NCBI GenBank assembly: GCA_016866785.1
Contig: VGLH01000001.1
Location: 7,356-71,355, forward strand
Reading direction: 5' to 3'
DNA: 64,000 bases
From: Candidatus Poribacteria bacterium
GTDB lineage: Bacteria; Poribacteria; WGA-4E; GCA-2687025
The notes under the pieces are model-generated. The model made no database searches, was not told the DNA's origin, and saw only the letters and a program-made list of their open reading frames with translations. Shown piece after piece: positions 19,670-30,418 of this stretch (its first letter is position 1; every line of letters starts with the position of its first letter). Made by a program: the position numbers and the translations under genes.

Positions 19670-21913
19670 CTACCCGATGCCTGCGAACCGGAGACGCCCC
19701 CGCCAGCGTCGTCGTAGCTGATCCCTGAGCACGTGGTGATCCTCGGACGAAAGAGAGGGGTCGCTGGCGACGATGGACTCCGCCTCGCAACGGGCGACCT
19801 CGAGCACATCGGCATCGCGGATCAGGTCGGCGATCCGCAGCGTGGGCGTGCCCGACTGCCGCGTTCCGAGAATCTCGCCGGGCCCTCGGATCGCCAAGTC
19901 CTCTTCAGCGATCTCGAACCCGTCAGTGGTACGGAGCATTGCGGCAAGACGGCGTTTGCCTTCGTCCGTCCTGGGGCGGCCGACCAAGGCGCAGTAGGAC
20001 GCATGCTCGCCGCGGCCCACACGTCCTCGAAGCTGATGCAGTTGAGCCAAGCCGAATCGCTCGACGTTCTCGATGACCATGATATTGGCATTGGGCACGT
20101 CGACCCCGACCTCGATGACGGTCGTCGAGACGAGGATATCGACCAGTCCCTGCTGGAACCGCTGCATCGTGCTGTGGCGCTCGTCCGAGGACAGCCTGCC
20201 GTGAAGGAGGGCGACCCTCCGGTTCGGAAACGCCGCAGCCAGGCGTTCCGCCGCCTCGGAGGCTGCCTGCACGTCCTCCAGCTTCTCCGATTCCTCGATC
20301 AAGGGGTAGACAACGTACGCCTGCCTATCCTTCGAGAGCTGATGTTCGATGAACCGATAGAGCTGCTCCCGATCCTCGTCGGAGAACTGCTTGGTCTGGA
20401 TCGGCTTCCTACCGGGGGGCAGTTCGTCGATCACCGACACGGCGAGGTCGCCGTATACCGTGAGCGCGAGCGTGCGCGGGATGGGCGTCGCGGTCATCAC
20501 GAGCGTATCCGGCATCCCGCCCTTCTGCCGGAGCTTGTCTCGCTGGAGCACGCCGAATCGGTGCTGCTCATCGGTCACGACCAAGCTCAAGTGCGCGAAC
20601 TCGACTCCAGATTGGATGAGCGCGTGGGTTCCGACAACGACGCGCGCCGACCCCGACGCGATGGCTTCGAGGGCAGCGCGCTTGTCGCCAGCCGACATAT
20701 CCCCCGTAACGAGACATGGTTCCACCCCAATCGGCGACAGAAAGCACCGGAGCGTATCGTGGTGCTGTTCGGCGAGGATTTCCGTCGGAGCCATCATCGC
20801 TGCCTGATACCCGCTCTCGACCGCGTGCAGCATCGCGACGGCAGCCACGACCGTCTTGCCCGATCCCACATCTCCCTGCAACAGTCGGTTCATGGGCTTG
20901 GGACGTGACATATCCGCCTCGATCTCGTCGAGCACCCGACGCTGCGCGTCTGTCAGCCGGAAGGGCAGGCTGCTCAGCAATCGACGAGGCGAATCGCCAT
21001 CGATCCGGTGCGCGAGACCTGCGGGTCCATCCTCCGCAGCCCGGCGTCTGAGCAACAACCCCAGTTGGAGTCCAAGGAACTCGTCGAAGACCAACCGACG
21101 CCGTGCGACTTCGGCGTGACCTGGGCTCGATGGGAAGTGGACCTCGCGGATCGCGTCGCCCGCGTGTATCAGGTTCAGCCGGTCGCGTACGTCGGTCGGA
21201 AGCGGCTCCGGGTAGGCGTCGGCGTATTGGCGGACCGCGATGGAGGTCAGCGACCGCAGAGCGCGCTGACTGATCCCTTCGGTAAGTCGATAGACCGGAA
21301 CCAATCTGCCTGTGTGGACGAGCTCGGCGTCGTCGTCGGATAGGACTTCGTACTCGAACGTCGTCGACTCTACGGCAGGCTGCCCGCGCGGGCTCCGGCG
21401 GAACTGCCCGCTGACGACAATCACATCTCCAACCTTGAGCGACCGCTTCAGGTACCCTGCTCGCTTGCCGAACCCGACCAGCGCGGCGACGCCCTTGCCG
21501 TCAGAGATGATCGCCTTCGACACCTTGGGCGCGTTCGACCGGCGTACAGGGACGTCCACATGGTTCACGACCCTTGCTTCGACCGACACGACGTCGGACG
21601 CGTAGCCGACGCGGTCGAGAGTCACCATCCGGCTTCTGTCCAGGTATCGAGTCGGGTAGTTCTCCAGGCAGTCCTCGACCGTCTTGAGACCCAATTTCTC
21701 GAGCAGACCGAGTCGACGGGCGGTCATGCGCGACAGCTCGGCGACGGGCATCTCCAGCCGCTGGCGATCGCCCGGAAGCACTTGAGGGGACGTACCTTGT
21801 GGCGATGGGCGTGTCTTCGGCGCTTGGGGCGGCTGAGATGACGGTCGTGGGTCGGTCGCAGGTTTGCCGTCGGGCTCTGAGGCGAGGTCGAACGAAAGCT
21901 GGGGGTCCTTCAT
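19670..21913 (-). CDS. recG: ATP-dependent DNA helicase RecG
   Basis: LLQGDVGSGKT, DEQHRFG, MTATPIPRTL, QLHQLRGRVGRG, GTRQSG. Confidence 0.97.
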   Translation of the reverse strand: MKDPQLSFDLASEPDGKPATDPRPSSQPPQAPKTRPSPQGTSPQVLPGDRQRLEMPVAELSRMTARRLGLLEKLGLKTVEDCLENYPTRYLDRSRMVTLDRVGYASDVVSVEARVVNHVDVPVRRSNAPKVSKAIISDGKGVAALVGFGKRAGYLKRSLKVGDVIVVSGQFRRSPRGQPAVESTTFEYEVLSDDDAELVHTGRLVPVYRLTEGISQRALRSLTSIAVRQYADAYPEPLPTDVRDRLNLIHAGDAIREVHFPSSPGHAEVARRRLVFDEFLGLQLGLLLRRRAAEDGPAGLAHRIDGDSPRRLLSSLPFRLTDAQRRVLDEIEADMSRPKPMNRLLQGDVGSGKTVVAAVAMLHAVESGYQAAMMAPTEILAEQHHDTLRCFLSPIGVEPCLVTGDMSAGDKRAALEAIASGSARVVVGTHALIQSGVEFAHLSLVVTDEQHRFGVLQRDKLRQKGGMPDTLVMTATPIPRTLALTVYGDLAVSVIDELPPGRKPIQTKQFSDEDREQLYRFIEHQLSKDRQAYVVYPLIEESEKLEDVQAASEAAERLAAAFPNRRVALLHGRLSSDERHSTMQRFQQGLVDILVSTTVIEVGVDVPNANIMVIENVERFGLAQLHQLRGRVGRGEHASYCALVGRPRTDEGKRRLAAMLRTTDGFEIAEEDLAIRGPGEILGTRQSGTPTLRIADLIRDADVLEVARCEAESIVASDPSLSSEDHHVLRDQLRRRWRGRLRFAGIG

Positions 21914-21959
21914 GCTGCCCTGTCGTGCGCCGTTCCTGAGGCCGCCGCGCACCACGACA

Positions 21960-24092
21960 CTAGCCTTGATGGCGCCTGGATACCTTGCGCACGCCTCGCA
22001 CGCGGGCGAGGGCTGCCACGATCTTGTCGAGCTGATCCCGACTCGTGACATCCAGCGAGAACTCGTGCACGGCGGTGAACTCGTCCGGCGTCGTCACTTT
22101 CGCGTTGAAGATGTTGGCTCCCGAGGCGGCGATGACCTCAGCGACGTCGCGCAGGAGCGCGACTCGGTCGTTGCTCTCCAAGACGATCGCCGTGCGATAC
22201 GTTCCCTTGCCGGTCGATGACCACTCGATGGGCTGGATCCGCTGGAACTCCCCGGCAATGCGCGGACAGTCGAGGGCATGGATGGTGACGCCCCGACCGC
22301 GCGTCACGTATCCCACGACATCGTCGCCCGGAATCGGCTGACAGCACTTCGCGATACGGGTCTCGGCTTCGGAGATGCCATCGAGTCGTGCGTCCACCAT
22401 CTGGCGGTGACGCTTCGCGGGTTCAACCGCCTCCTCTTGGCGTTCCTCCGGCGGAACGAGTGTGTGGTACACCCGTTGTGGTGAGATTTGGCCGTTGCCT
22501 ACGTCAGCCAGGAACTCCTCGACCGTCTTGTGGTTCAGCCTGGTCGCCAGATCGCTGAGCACGGCGGGCTTGAGCAGCGCGCGCGGGTTGCGTCGGTGTG
22601 AGCGGAGCTCCGCCTCGATCAGCCGTCTTCCGAGCTGAACGCTCTGCTCGAACTCCTGCGCCCTCAGCCAGTGGTTGATCTTGGTTCGCGCGCGCGACGT
22701 CTTGACGTACTTGAGCCAGTCGCGGCTCGGATGTGCATCTGGGCTCGTGAGGATCTCGACCTGATCGCCGCTGCTCAACTCCTGCTTCAGAGGCACGATG
22801 GAGCCGTGCACCTTCGCCGCCGAGGTGTGAAGCCCGACGTCGGAGTGGATCGCGAAGGCGAAGTCGATGGGCGTCGCACCTTTGCGGAAGATCTTCATCT
22901 GGCCCTTCGGCGTGAACACGAAGATCTCCTCCTCGAAGAGCTCGCCTCGCATCGACTGAATGAACTCCTGCGGGTTCCGCACCTCCTGGATCTGTTCGAC
23001 CAGGCCGCGGAGCCATGCGAACCGGTCGATGCTCCGGGACGATGGGCGGTCGCCATCCTTGTAGCCCCAGTGAGCCGCCACGCCCAGTTCTGCGATCCGG
23101 TGCATGTCGTGCGTGCGGATCTGCACCTCGGCGGGACGACCGCCGTCCATGATGGTCGTGTGGAGCGACTGATACATGTTCGTCTTGGGCACCGTCAGGT
23201 AGTCTTTGAACCGATCCGGCATGTGAACCCAATGCCCGTGGATGATCCCAAGAGCCAGCCAACAGTCGGCTGGCGTATCGACCAGCACGCGGAAGCCGAT
23301 CAGGTCGTAGATGTGGTCGAATGGAACCCCGCGCACCGTGATCTTCCGATAGATGCTGTACAGGTGCTTAGGCCGGCCGAAGACCCGCGCTGCGACGTTG
23401 CCATCCCGCAGGATCGCCTGGATTCGGTCGACCATCTCCTGCGTGTAGGACTCGCGCTCCCGCCGCTTGTCGTGAACCCGCTGCGCGATGTCTTTGTAGG
23501 CTTCCGGGAAGAGGCACTTGAAGGCGAGGTCGTCGAGCTCGGTGCGAACGCGCGCAATCCCGAGACGGTGCGCCAACGGAGCGTAGATCTCCAGCGTCTC
23601 CTGCGCGGTCCGGCGACGCTGGGCGTCCGACATGTAGTCGATGGTCTGCATGTTGTGGAGGCGATCCGCCAGCTTCACGATGACCACGCGCACGTCGCGT
23701 GCCATCGCGAGCACCATCTTCCGGTAGTTCTCAGACTGGTGTTCATCGAGGCGCAGGTATTCGATGCGGCCGAGCTTGGTCACGCCGTCGACGACATGAG
23801 CGACGATCGGGCCGAACTCCTTCTCGAGCTCTTCGACCGTCACGCCGCAATCTTCGACCACGTCGTGGAGTAGACCGCCACAGATCGCCGGCGAATCCAT
23901 GCGCAGATCGACCAGGATACGAGCCACCTCGAACGGGTGCACGAAGTACGGGCAACCGGACCGGCGCAGTTGTCCCACGTGAGCGCGCTGGGCGAAGTCG
24001 AACGCCTTGGCGACCGCGTCCACTTCGTCGGGTCCGATTGCCGCGAGGTGCTCCCGCATGTCCGAGAGCAATGTATCCAGCCGAGCTTCCAT
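21960..24092 (-). CDS. rel: Bifunctional (p)ppGpp synthetase/hydrolase (Rel/SpoT)
   Basis: Intact HD motif (LLHDVVED), KLADRLHN, RPKHLYSIY, YQSLHT, EVQIRT, TGS and ACT domains. Confidence 0.96.
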   Translation of the reverse strand: MEARLDTLLSDMREHLAAIGPDEVDAVAKAFDFAQRAHVGQLRRSGCPYFVHPFEVARILVDLRMDSPAICGGLLHDVVEDCGVTVEELEKEFGPIVAHVVDGVTKLGRIEYLRLDEHQSENYRKMVLAMARDVRVVIVKLADRLHNMQTIDYMSDAQRRRTAQETLEIYAPLAHRLGIARVRTELDDLAFKCLFPEAYKDIAQRVHDKRRERESYTQEMVDRIQAILRDGNVAARVFGRPKHLYSIYRKITVRGVPFDHIYDLIGFRVLVDTPADCWLALGIIHGHWVHMPDRFKDYLTVPKTNMYQSLHTTIMDGGRPAEVQIRTHDMHRIAELGVAAHWGYKDGDRPSSRSIDRFAWLRGLVEQIQEVRNPQEFIQSMRGELFEEEIFVFTPKGQMKIFRKGATPIDFAFAIHSDVGLHTSAAKVHGSIVPLKQELSSGDQVEILTSPDAHPSRDWLKYVKTSRARTKINHWLRAQEFEQSVQLGRRLIEAELRSHRRNPRALLKPAVLSDLATRLNHKTVEEFLADVGNGQISPQRVYHTLVPPEERQEEAVEPAKRHRQMVDARLDGISEAETRIAKCCQPIPGDDVVGYVTRGRGVTIHALDCPRIAGEFQRIQPIEWSSTGKGTYRTAIVLESNDRVALLRDVAEVIAASGANIFNAKVTTPDEFTAVHEFSLDVTSRDQLDKIVAALARVRGVRKVSRRHQG

Positions 24093-24098
24093 ATCGGT

Positions 24099-26681
24099 CT
24101 ATCCTGTGCCAGAACGTCGCATGGTTCGCCGGTGCCGGTCCAGCACCTCCCAGAAATCACGCGGTGTCGCGCGTAGCCATCGCTCTCCCCGAAGACGCTG
24201 GCGGAGCCGCGCTATCCTGAACTCCCGGAACGTCGCGGAATCGTCGAGCGAACCTGTCGCGGCCTCGATTCGTGCGAACGACGGAGTGTCGCCTTCGTGG
24301 CGGCTCAGCACGCCGATCTCGACCAGCACATCGGCGACACGCTGCACCGTGCCTGGATCCAAGCCGCTCTCGACGGACCAGTCAGCTAGCGCGACGGCTC
24401 CGCCGACCCGTGCTGCGACCGTCCTATGGACCCTGAAGGCTTCGCGCAACGTCTCCTCCGAAGGATGGTCCGCTTCGACCTGTCTCGCATCCGCGACGAT
24501 GTCTCGCTCGTTGAAGAGCAGCACGATGCGACCGGACGCGGTCTCCAGGTCTGGCGCCCCGACCCAACGCATCAGCAACGGCTCGCAGAGCGCACAGAAC
24601 GCGGGATCGTCAGACGGGGCATGGCACAGCACTATCTGGTGTATCAAAGCCCAATCGGATGGCGGCACGGCGTGATCGACCGCCTCCGACGTGAGCAATG
24701 CCGTAACGTCGCCCGCGATGAGCTGCTGCGCCCCAGCCTCGTCCTCGCCGCAGGACACTCCCATACCGTCGAGTAGCTCGCGCGCCTGCTCTGCCGCTCG
24801 CGCGTCTCGCACGTAGACCAGAGAGGGCTCCCCACGGAGCAACACATCGGCTAGGGCGTCCGCCTTGCTGGTCTCGCGACGCCTATCCTCTATTCTAACC
24901 CATGCGGCGGTTTCGTGCGGGGGGTAGATTCCCGTGCTTCCGGCGGGACGTACCGACCAGTGATCGACGCTGATCTGCGGTCTGCTGGTGTTCCCGTACT
25001 CGTCGATTTCGACGACGCCCGCCACATCGACCTCGACCCCTGAAGCGCTCAGCGCGACGGCGTCCTCGGTGTGACGCCACCGGATCGCCCGGATCGAGTA
25101 GGGCTCATCGACGAGCGTCACGCCGAGGTGTGTCGATTCCTTGCCGAACAAGCGTGGCGCGCCCTGCACGCGAAGCCCGCGAATGCCGACGCGAGGCTGC
25201 GGGTTCCCTTCGCTGAAGGGGTCCAGAGCCGCTGTTTCGCGGATGGCTTCGATGGTGAGTTCGCTGAGGGGGATCACGGAATCGAGCCGGAGCTTTGGGG
25301 CGATATCCGTTTCCGATAGGCGTTCGCGAGCCACCGCAAGGAACCGCCTCCCCAGCGATCTGGCGCGGTCCCTCGTCACGGTCAGACCGGCAGCCGCGCG
25401 GTGTCCGCCGAATGTCACCATGAGCTCGCGGCACTCGAGCAGGGCGTCGTGGATATCGAACTCCGGGATGCTTCGAGCCGACCCCTTCCCGATGTCCTCC
25501 TCCATGCCCACGAGGACCGTCGGCATCCCGTATCGCTCGACCAAGCGCCCAGCGACGATGCCGACCACTCCCGGATGCCAGCCGTCACGGCAGAGGAACA
25601 GAGCTCGCTCGCGCTCCAACGCTGCCCGATCGCTGTCCACTTGTGCGCACGCATCCTGGAAGATCCGTTCCGTCAGCCGTCGGCGCTCTTCGTTGTCGGC
25701 GTGCAGCTCACGGGCGATCTCCTGGGCTTCCATGTCGGAGTCCGTGATCAACAGCCTCACGACCTTCCGGGCGCTGTCCAGCCTGCCCGCCGCGTTGATC
25801 CGAGGTCCGAGCTGCCATCCGACGTGGCGACCCGTCAGCGTGGTCTCAGGCTTGATGCCAGCGACCTCGCAGAGCGCGCGGATTCCCGGACTGTTGCGCC
25901 GGTTCAGCACTTCGAGTCCGAGCTTGGCGAGCGCGCGGTTCTCGCCGCGCATCTGCGCCATATCAGCGATGGTGCCCAGCGCCACCATCCCGAGTTGGTC
26001 GAGGAGCAGTGGGTTCCTGTCCGCATCCAGCGATCCTCCCACCAGCGCGTGAGCGAGCTTGAACGCCAGCCCGACGCCCGCGAGTTCCTCGAACGGGTAC
26101 GTGGAACCGGGCAGCTTGGGGTCGATTACCGCGACGGCGGTGCCTTCGCGCGGCAGGCGGTCTTCGTCCGGGCTATGGTGATCCGTGACGATGACATCGA
26201 TGCCGAGCTCGTGGGCTGACTCGATTGGACCTTGAGCCGTGACGCCGCAATCGACCGTGACGAGCACTCGTGTGCCGGACGCATGGATCGCATGGATCGC
26301 GTCGGTGTTGAGCCCGTAGCCCTCCCGGGCTCGCTCCGGGATGTAGTGGTCGACATTGGCTCCAAGGGCTCGGAAAACGCGCAGGAGGATCGCCGTCGCC
26401 GTCGTGCCATCGACGTCATAGTCACCGTAGATGGTGATACGGCTCCCGTCGCCGATTGCCCTGCGGAGGCACTCGACCGCAGGCTCCATGTCCGGCAGAG
26501 ACCAGGGATCGTGGATGTCGTCGAACGTGGGATGGATGAACGCGCGCGTCTCGGCAACCGAAGCGATGCCCCGGTTCAGCAGCAGATGAGCGACAAAGGG
26601 CGTTACGCCTGCGTCGACGCTCAGCGCGGCAACCGCCGGGATGTCATACGGCGCGGCGTGCCAGACTCGTCTGTCCATCAC
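24099..26681 (-). CDS. recJ: ssDNA-specific exonuclease RecJ with long C-terminal extension
   Basis: YGDYDVDG, TVDCG, TDHH, PRINAAGRL, GSARS, GGHRAAAG. Confidence 0.95.
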   Translation of the reverse strand: MMDRRVWHAAPYDIPAVAALSVDAGVTPFVAHLLLNRGIASVAETRAFIHPTFDDIHDPWSLPDMEPAVECLRRAIGDGSRITIYGDYDVDGTTATAILLRVFRALGANVDHYIPERAREGYGLNTDAIHAIHASGTRVLVTVDCGVTAQGPIESAHELGIDVIVTDHHSPDEDRLPREGTAVAVIDPKLPGSTYPFEELAGVGLAFKLAHALVGGSLDADRNPLLLDQLGMVALGTIADMAQMRGENRALAKLGLEVLNRRNSPGIRALCEVAGIKPETTLTGRHVGWQLGPRINAAGRLDSARKVVRLLITDSDMEAQEIARELHADNEERRRLTERIFQDACAQVDSDRAALERERALFLCRDGWHPGVVGIVAGRLVERYGMPTVLVGMEEDIGKGSARSIPEFDIHDALLECRELMVTFGGHRAAAGLTVTRDRARSLGRRFLAVARERLSETDIAPKLRLDSVIPLSELTIEAIRETAALDPFSEGNPQPRVGIRGLRVQGAPRLFGKESTHLGVTLVDEPYSIRAIRWRHTEDAVALSASGVEVDVAGVVEIDEYGNTSRPQISVDHWSVRPAGSTGIYPPHETAAWVRIEDRRRETSKADALADVLLRGEPSLVYVRDARAAEQARELLDGMGVSCGEDEAGAQQLIAGDVTALLTSEAVDHAVPPSDWALIHQIVLCHAPSDDPAFCALCEPLLMRWVGAPDLETASGRIVLLFNERDIVADARQVEADHPSEETLREAFRVHRTVAARVGGAVALADWSVESGLDPGTVQRVADVLVEIGVLSRHEGDTPSFARIEAATGSLDDSATFREFRIARLRQRLRGERWLRATPRDFWEVLDRHRRTMRRSGTG

Positions 26682-26782
26682 CGGTTCCCGGCTGCGGACT
26701 CAGGTGCTGCGGCAACGTGAGCGAGGCATGCACCCGTGCTGACGTTCACTGCGGACGGGCGGTTACGTCGCATGCAGATCGG

Positions 26783-27808
26783 TCACGCACTCAGTCGCTC
26801 GCTCGCTCGTCGGTACAGGTGTCGCACCCGAGCCGACGGCTCGTGGGAGGCGACCGCTCCGCGCCCGAGCAGGTTCATCAGTCGTTCGTACCGATGTCTG
26901 CCTGCCCAAGATGATCGCGACGACGGGTCGCCACCCCTGAGAACGCGCTCCAACGCGACCGACAAGAACACGACGACGTGAGCCTCCAGGGCTGCGGGAT
27001 CGAAGTACAGACCGTCCCCGAGCGCATCCACGAGCTCGGCTGACACCGATTGCACGAAGTTCCCATCTGGCGTCGAACTGCCGAGCGCGATGAAGTACTG
27101 GGCGATGCGCCGCTCATTCCAGTCCCAGCCCACCGTCGACCAGTCTGCGAACACGACCGCATCGGCGTTCACCAGCACGTTGCGGGCATTGTAGTCGAGT
27201 GAGCCAATCGTTGGCTCGGAGCTCTGTGCCGCGTCCACAACTCCCAGCCACGCGTCCTCTGCCGCCGCCGACGTCTCGCTGGTCCAGAGCCCTGCGAGCC
27301 GAAGGACGTGCTCCAGGGCTTTGTGAGCATCGTCCACATGGTAGAGGAAGTCGCTTCCGAGGTAGGCGTCGTAGTCCATCTCGAAGCAGTATGGATCGAT
27401 CTCTGACTCGTGAGCGTCGATTCCCCGTTGGAGGCTCCTGAGATTCCGCAGCCCCATCGTGGCGATGCGGGAGGCGCGACACGGGTCGCGCTGGCACACA
27501 TCATCGAAGGTTCCGTCGCTGAACCAACGAGTGACCAGCAAGCCTGCCTCTTCGTCGAGCCCAACGGGTTCGGGAACGCAGTCCCCCGTGCCGTGGAGGA
27601 GCGACAGCATCGCCCATTCGGTGTCGAGGCTGTCGTATCCGCCGCGCGTCTGCGCTTGCCGCGCCGACAGGTGCTTGACGGCGTATACCTCGCCGGACGG
27701 CGTGCCCACGCGCCAGACGCGTCTCCCCAGGCGAGCGCGGTCGGAGACAGGAGACAGCGTAACGGAGTCCGCGCCGACCAGAGCACACACAGTTGACTCG
27801 ATGGTCAT
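26783..27808 (-). CDS. APH/choline-kinase-like phosphotransferase
   Basis: YAVK, DYNARNVL and FADW kinase-fold motifs. Confidence 0.65.
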   Translation of the reverse strand: MTIESTVCALVGADSVTLSPVSDRARLGRRVWRVGTPSGEVYAVKHLSARQAQTRGGYDSLDTEWAMLSLLHGTGDCVPEPVGLDEEAGLLVTRWFSDGTFDDVCQRDPCRASRIATMGLRNLRSLQRGIDAHESEIDPYCFEMDYDAYLGSDFLYHVDDAHKALEHVLRLAGLWTSETSAAAEDAWLGVVDAAQSSEPTIGSLDYNARNVLVNADAVVFADWSTVGWDWNERRIAQYFIALGSSTPDGNFVQSVSAELVDALGDGLYFDPAALEAHVVVFLSVALERVLRGGDPSSRSSWAGRHRYERLMNLLGRGAVASHEPSARVRHLYRRASERLSA

Positions 27809-28668
27809 CGCAAGTACTTGCCGACGAACAGCCCAAGGCGCTCCCGAACGTCGCCCGGCACGACATCGGGGTTCGTTGCGATCGCCGAAGCGAGGGCGCT
27901 GCGACACGAGCAGTCACGTAACGGTGTGACACGTCGGATCGCGTCCCGCACTATCCGCTTGCCGTTCTCGACGTTCTTGGAGAGGTTTGCCAGGATCATC
28001 TCGGTCGTGACCGTGGCATGGTCGGGATGCCAAACGTCGAAGTCCGTCACGGCGGCGAGCGTGGCGTAGCACATCTCCGCCTCGCGCGCGAGCTTGGCTT
28101 CGGTGGCGGCGGTCATCCCGATGATGTCCATACCCCACTGGCGGTAGGTCTTCGACTCGCCCACCGTGGAGAACTGCGGACCCTCGATGCAGATGTACTG
28201 CCCGCCGTCGTGAACGGTGGAGCCCTCCGCGTGCCCGGCGGCGATCAGCGTATCGCGAAGGCATGGGCAATAGGGTTCCGCCATGCCGACGTGCGCGACG
28301 ATCCCTTGTCCGAAGAAGCTGGAGGAGCGGCTCTTGGTGTGGTCGAAGAGCTGGTCCGGCACGACGAACGACGTTGGCTCGATGTGCTCGCGCAGGCTGC
28401 CCACGGCGCTGAACGACAGCAGCGTGTCGACTCCGAGCGTCTTGAGCGCGTAGATATTCGCACGCACGTTCAGATGCGTCGGCGAAATACGGTGACCGCG
28501 TCCGTGGCGGGGTAGGAACGCGACTCGCTCGCCGTCCAGCGTGCCCAGAACCACCGAATCGCTTGGGGAACCGAATGGCGTCTCCACCGCTCGTTCTTCG
28601 ATGTCGCTGAGACCGTCCATCTGGTAGAAGCCGCTGCCACCGATGACCGCGACGCGCGCTGTCGCCAT
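27805..28668 (-). CDS. mtnP: S-methyl-5'-thioadenosine phosphorylase
   Basis: IGGSGFY, ETPFGSPS, PRHGRGH, EGPQFST, IGMT, VTDFDVWH. Confidence 0.93.
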   Translation of the reverse strand: MATARVAVIGGSGFYQMDGLSDIEERAVETPFGSPSDSVVLGTLDGERVAFLPRHGRGHRISPTHLNVRANIYALKTLGVDTLLSFSAVGSLREHIEPTSFVVPDQLFDHTKSRSSSFFGQGIVAHVGMAEPYCPCLRDTLIAAGHAEGSTVHDGGQYICIEGPQFSTVGESKTYRQWGMDIIGMTAATEAKLAREAEMCYATLAAVTDFDVWHPDHATVTTEMILANLSKNVENGKRIVRDAIRRVTPLRDCSCRSALASAIATNPDVVPGDVRERLGLFVGKYLR

Positions 28669-28678
28669 GGGTTCCTTC

Positions 28679-30223
28679 CTATCCGGTGGTGAGAGCCCGC
28701 ATCGCCGACGGGACATGCGAGAGGATATCGCCGGCGAGCAGCGAAGCTCCGAGCGTCGCTGCCGCCAGGTCTCCCGCGAGTCCGTGCAGGTACACGCCCA
28801 GGATCGACGCATCCACCGGGTCGAGCCCCTGCCCCGAGAATCCGGCGATCAGACCGGTGAGAACGTCTCCCGAGCCTGCGGTCGCCATACCGGGATTCCC
28901 GGTCGGGTTCAGGTATGCCAACCCGTTCGGCGCTGCGATAACCGTGGGCACGCCTTTGAGTACCACGACTGCGCCGCACTCGGCTGACAGTGAACGTGCG
29001 ATGCCGATGCGGTCCTTCTCGACGGCATCGACGGTAGTTCGGCAAAGACGAGCCATCTCGCCCGGATGGGGTGTAAGGACCGCACCTGCCGGGAGCGATG
29101 TCGCGCCAATCGCCGCCAAGTGGTTCAGACCGTCGGCGTCGATGACCATGCGGGTCGGGAGCGTCGACCAGTCTGCGGCAAGGTTCGCCATGGTCGCTCG
29201 CGCTCCATCGGATGCCGATAGTCCGGGACCAATCGCGAGAACGTCTGCGCTCTTCGCGCGGGCGCGTATCGAGGGCACGGCTTCGGGAGAGACGCATCCG
29301 TCTGGCGTATCCGGCAGCGATGCGACCATGACTTCCGTGAGCCTGGATGCCAGGGAACCAACCACGGCGCGAGGCGTCGCGAGCGTCACCAGCCCAGCGC
29401 CGGCGCGAAGGGCTGCTTCCGAGGTCAGGGCAGCGGCTCCAGCCATCCCAGACGAACCGGCAACGAGGAGGACGCGCCCGAAGTCGCCCTTGTGGGCGTT
29501 CTTGCGCCGTACCGGGAGCCTGGCAGCAGCGTCAGATCGCTCGACCTGCCACAGCGAGACCGAGGCCGCATCGATGGCTTGGCGCGGAAAGCCGATGTCT
29601 GCGGTCGAGAGCCGACCGACGTAGTCCGCGCCGGGATAGAGCAGCAGCCCGATCTTCGGGAACCCGATGGTCAACGTCTCGCGAGCTCGGATGCAAGGTC
29701 CCGCGACCTGACCGGTTGTCGCATCCAGTCCGCTCGGAACGTCGCAAGCGAGCGCGGGGCGTCTCGATGCGTTGATGCGGTCGATCACTCGCGCCGCATG
29801 ACCGCATGCCCCGCCGCTGAGTCCCGTCCCTAGGATGGCATCGACAAGCCACGCGTGCGCTGTAAAACTCGTCGCATCGAGCGCGACTGGAGTACTGATC
29901 GACGAGACAGGCACCCCGACCCGCTCAGTGGCTTGCAGACACGCCAACGGCTCAGACCCGAGCTCGTCCCGCTCCACCGTGAGATACACGGTCGTCCTGA
30001 ACCCCCATCCGTGCAGGAACCGCGCGGCGACCAGTCCGTCGCCACCGTTGTTGCCCTTGCCGCAAACCACGGCGATGGAGCCGTCGTTACCAACAACGTT
30101 GCGGACACGATCCGCCAGAGCGCGCCCGGCGTGTTCCATCAGAGATCGCGCAGGAATCCCGACGACGTCGATCGTGTGGCGATCGACGGCTCGCATCTCG
30201 CCCGCTGACAGGACGGGGATCAC
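28679..30223 (-). CDS. nnr: Bifunctional NAD(P)H-hydrate epimerase/dehydratase
   Basis: GKGNNGGDG, DAILGTG, HKGDFGR, TPHPGEMARL, ATAGSGDVLTG. Confidence 0.95.
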   Translation of the reverse strand: MIPVLSAGEMRAVDRHTIDVVGIPARSLMEHAGRALADRVRNVVGNDGSIAVVCGKGNNGGDGLVAARFLHGWGFRTTVYLTVERDELGSEPLACLQATERVGVPVSSISTPVALDATSFTAHAWLVDAILGTGLSGGACGHAARVIDRINASRRPALACDVPSGLDATTGQVAGPCIRARETLTIGFPKIGLLLYPGADYVGRLSTADIGFPRQAIDAASVSLWQVERSDAAARLPVRRKNAHKGDFGRVLLVAGSSGMAGAAALTSEAALRAGAGLVTLATPRAVVGSLASRLTEVMVASLPDTPDGCVSPEAVPSIRARAKSADVLAIGPGLSASDGARATMANLAADWSTLPTRMVIDADGLNHLAAIGATSLPAGAVLTPHPGEMARLCRTTVDAVEKDRIGIARSLSAECGAVVVLKGVPTVIAAPNGLAYLNPTGNPGMATAGSGDVLTGLIAGFSGQGLDPVDASILGVYLHGLAGDLAAATLGASLLAGDILSHVPSAMRALTTG

Positions 30224-30343
30224 ATCGGGGCTCCAGCCGACGCGCGGACAGTCGATGGGTTGGCGTCACTGATTCTATCAATCAGGAGACGACGATGCAC
30301 GTCCGGGTTGCACTGGCGATCGGCTTTGCGGCTGGCGCGATCC

Positions 30344-30372
30344 TTGACCCGTACCTACGGATCGCCTATCTT
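30344..30372 (+). promoter_or_regulatory. Sigma-70-type promoter for the two small membrane-protein genes
   Basis: TTGACC-N17-TATCTT, 46 nt upstream of the ATG at 30419. Confidence 0.55.
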
Positions 30373-30418
30373 CCATGCGAGACGGGCGGCGTGCCGTGTT
30401 CCTGAGAGGAAGGCGCGG

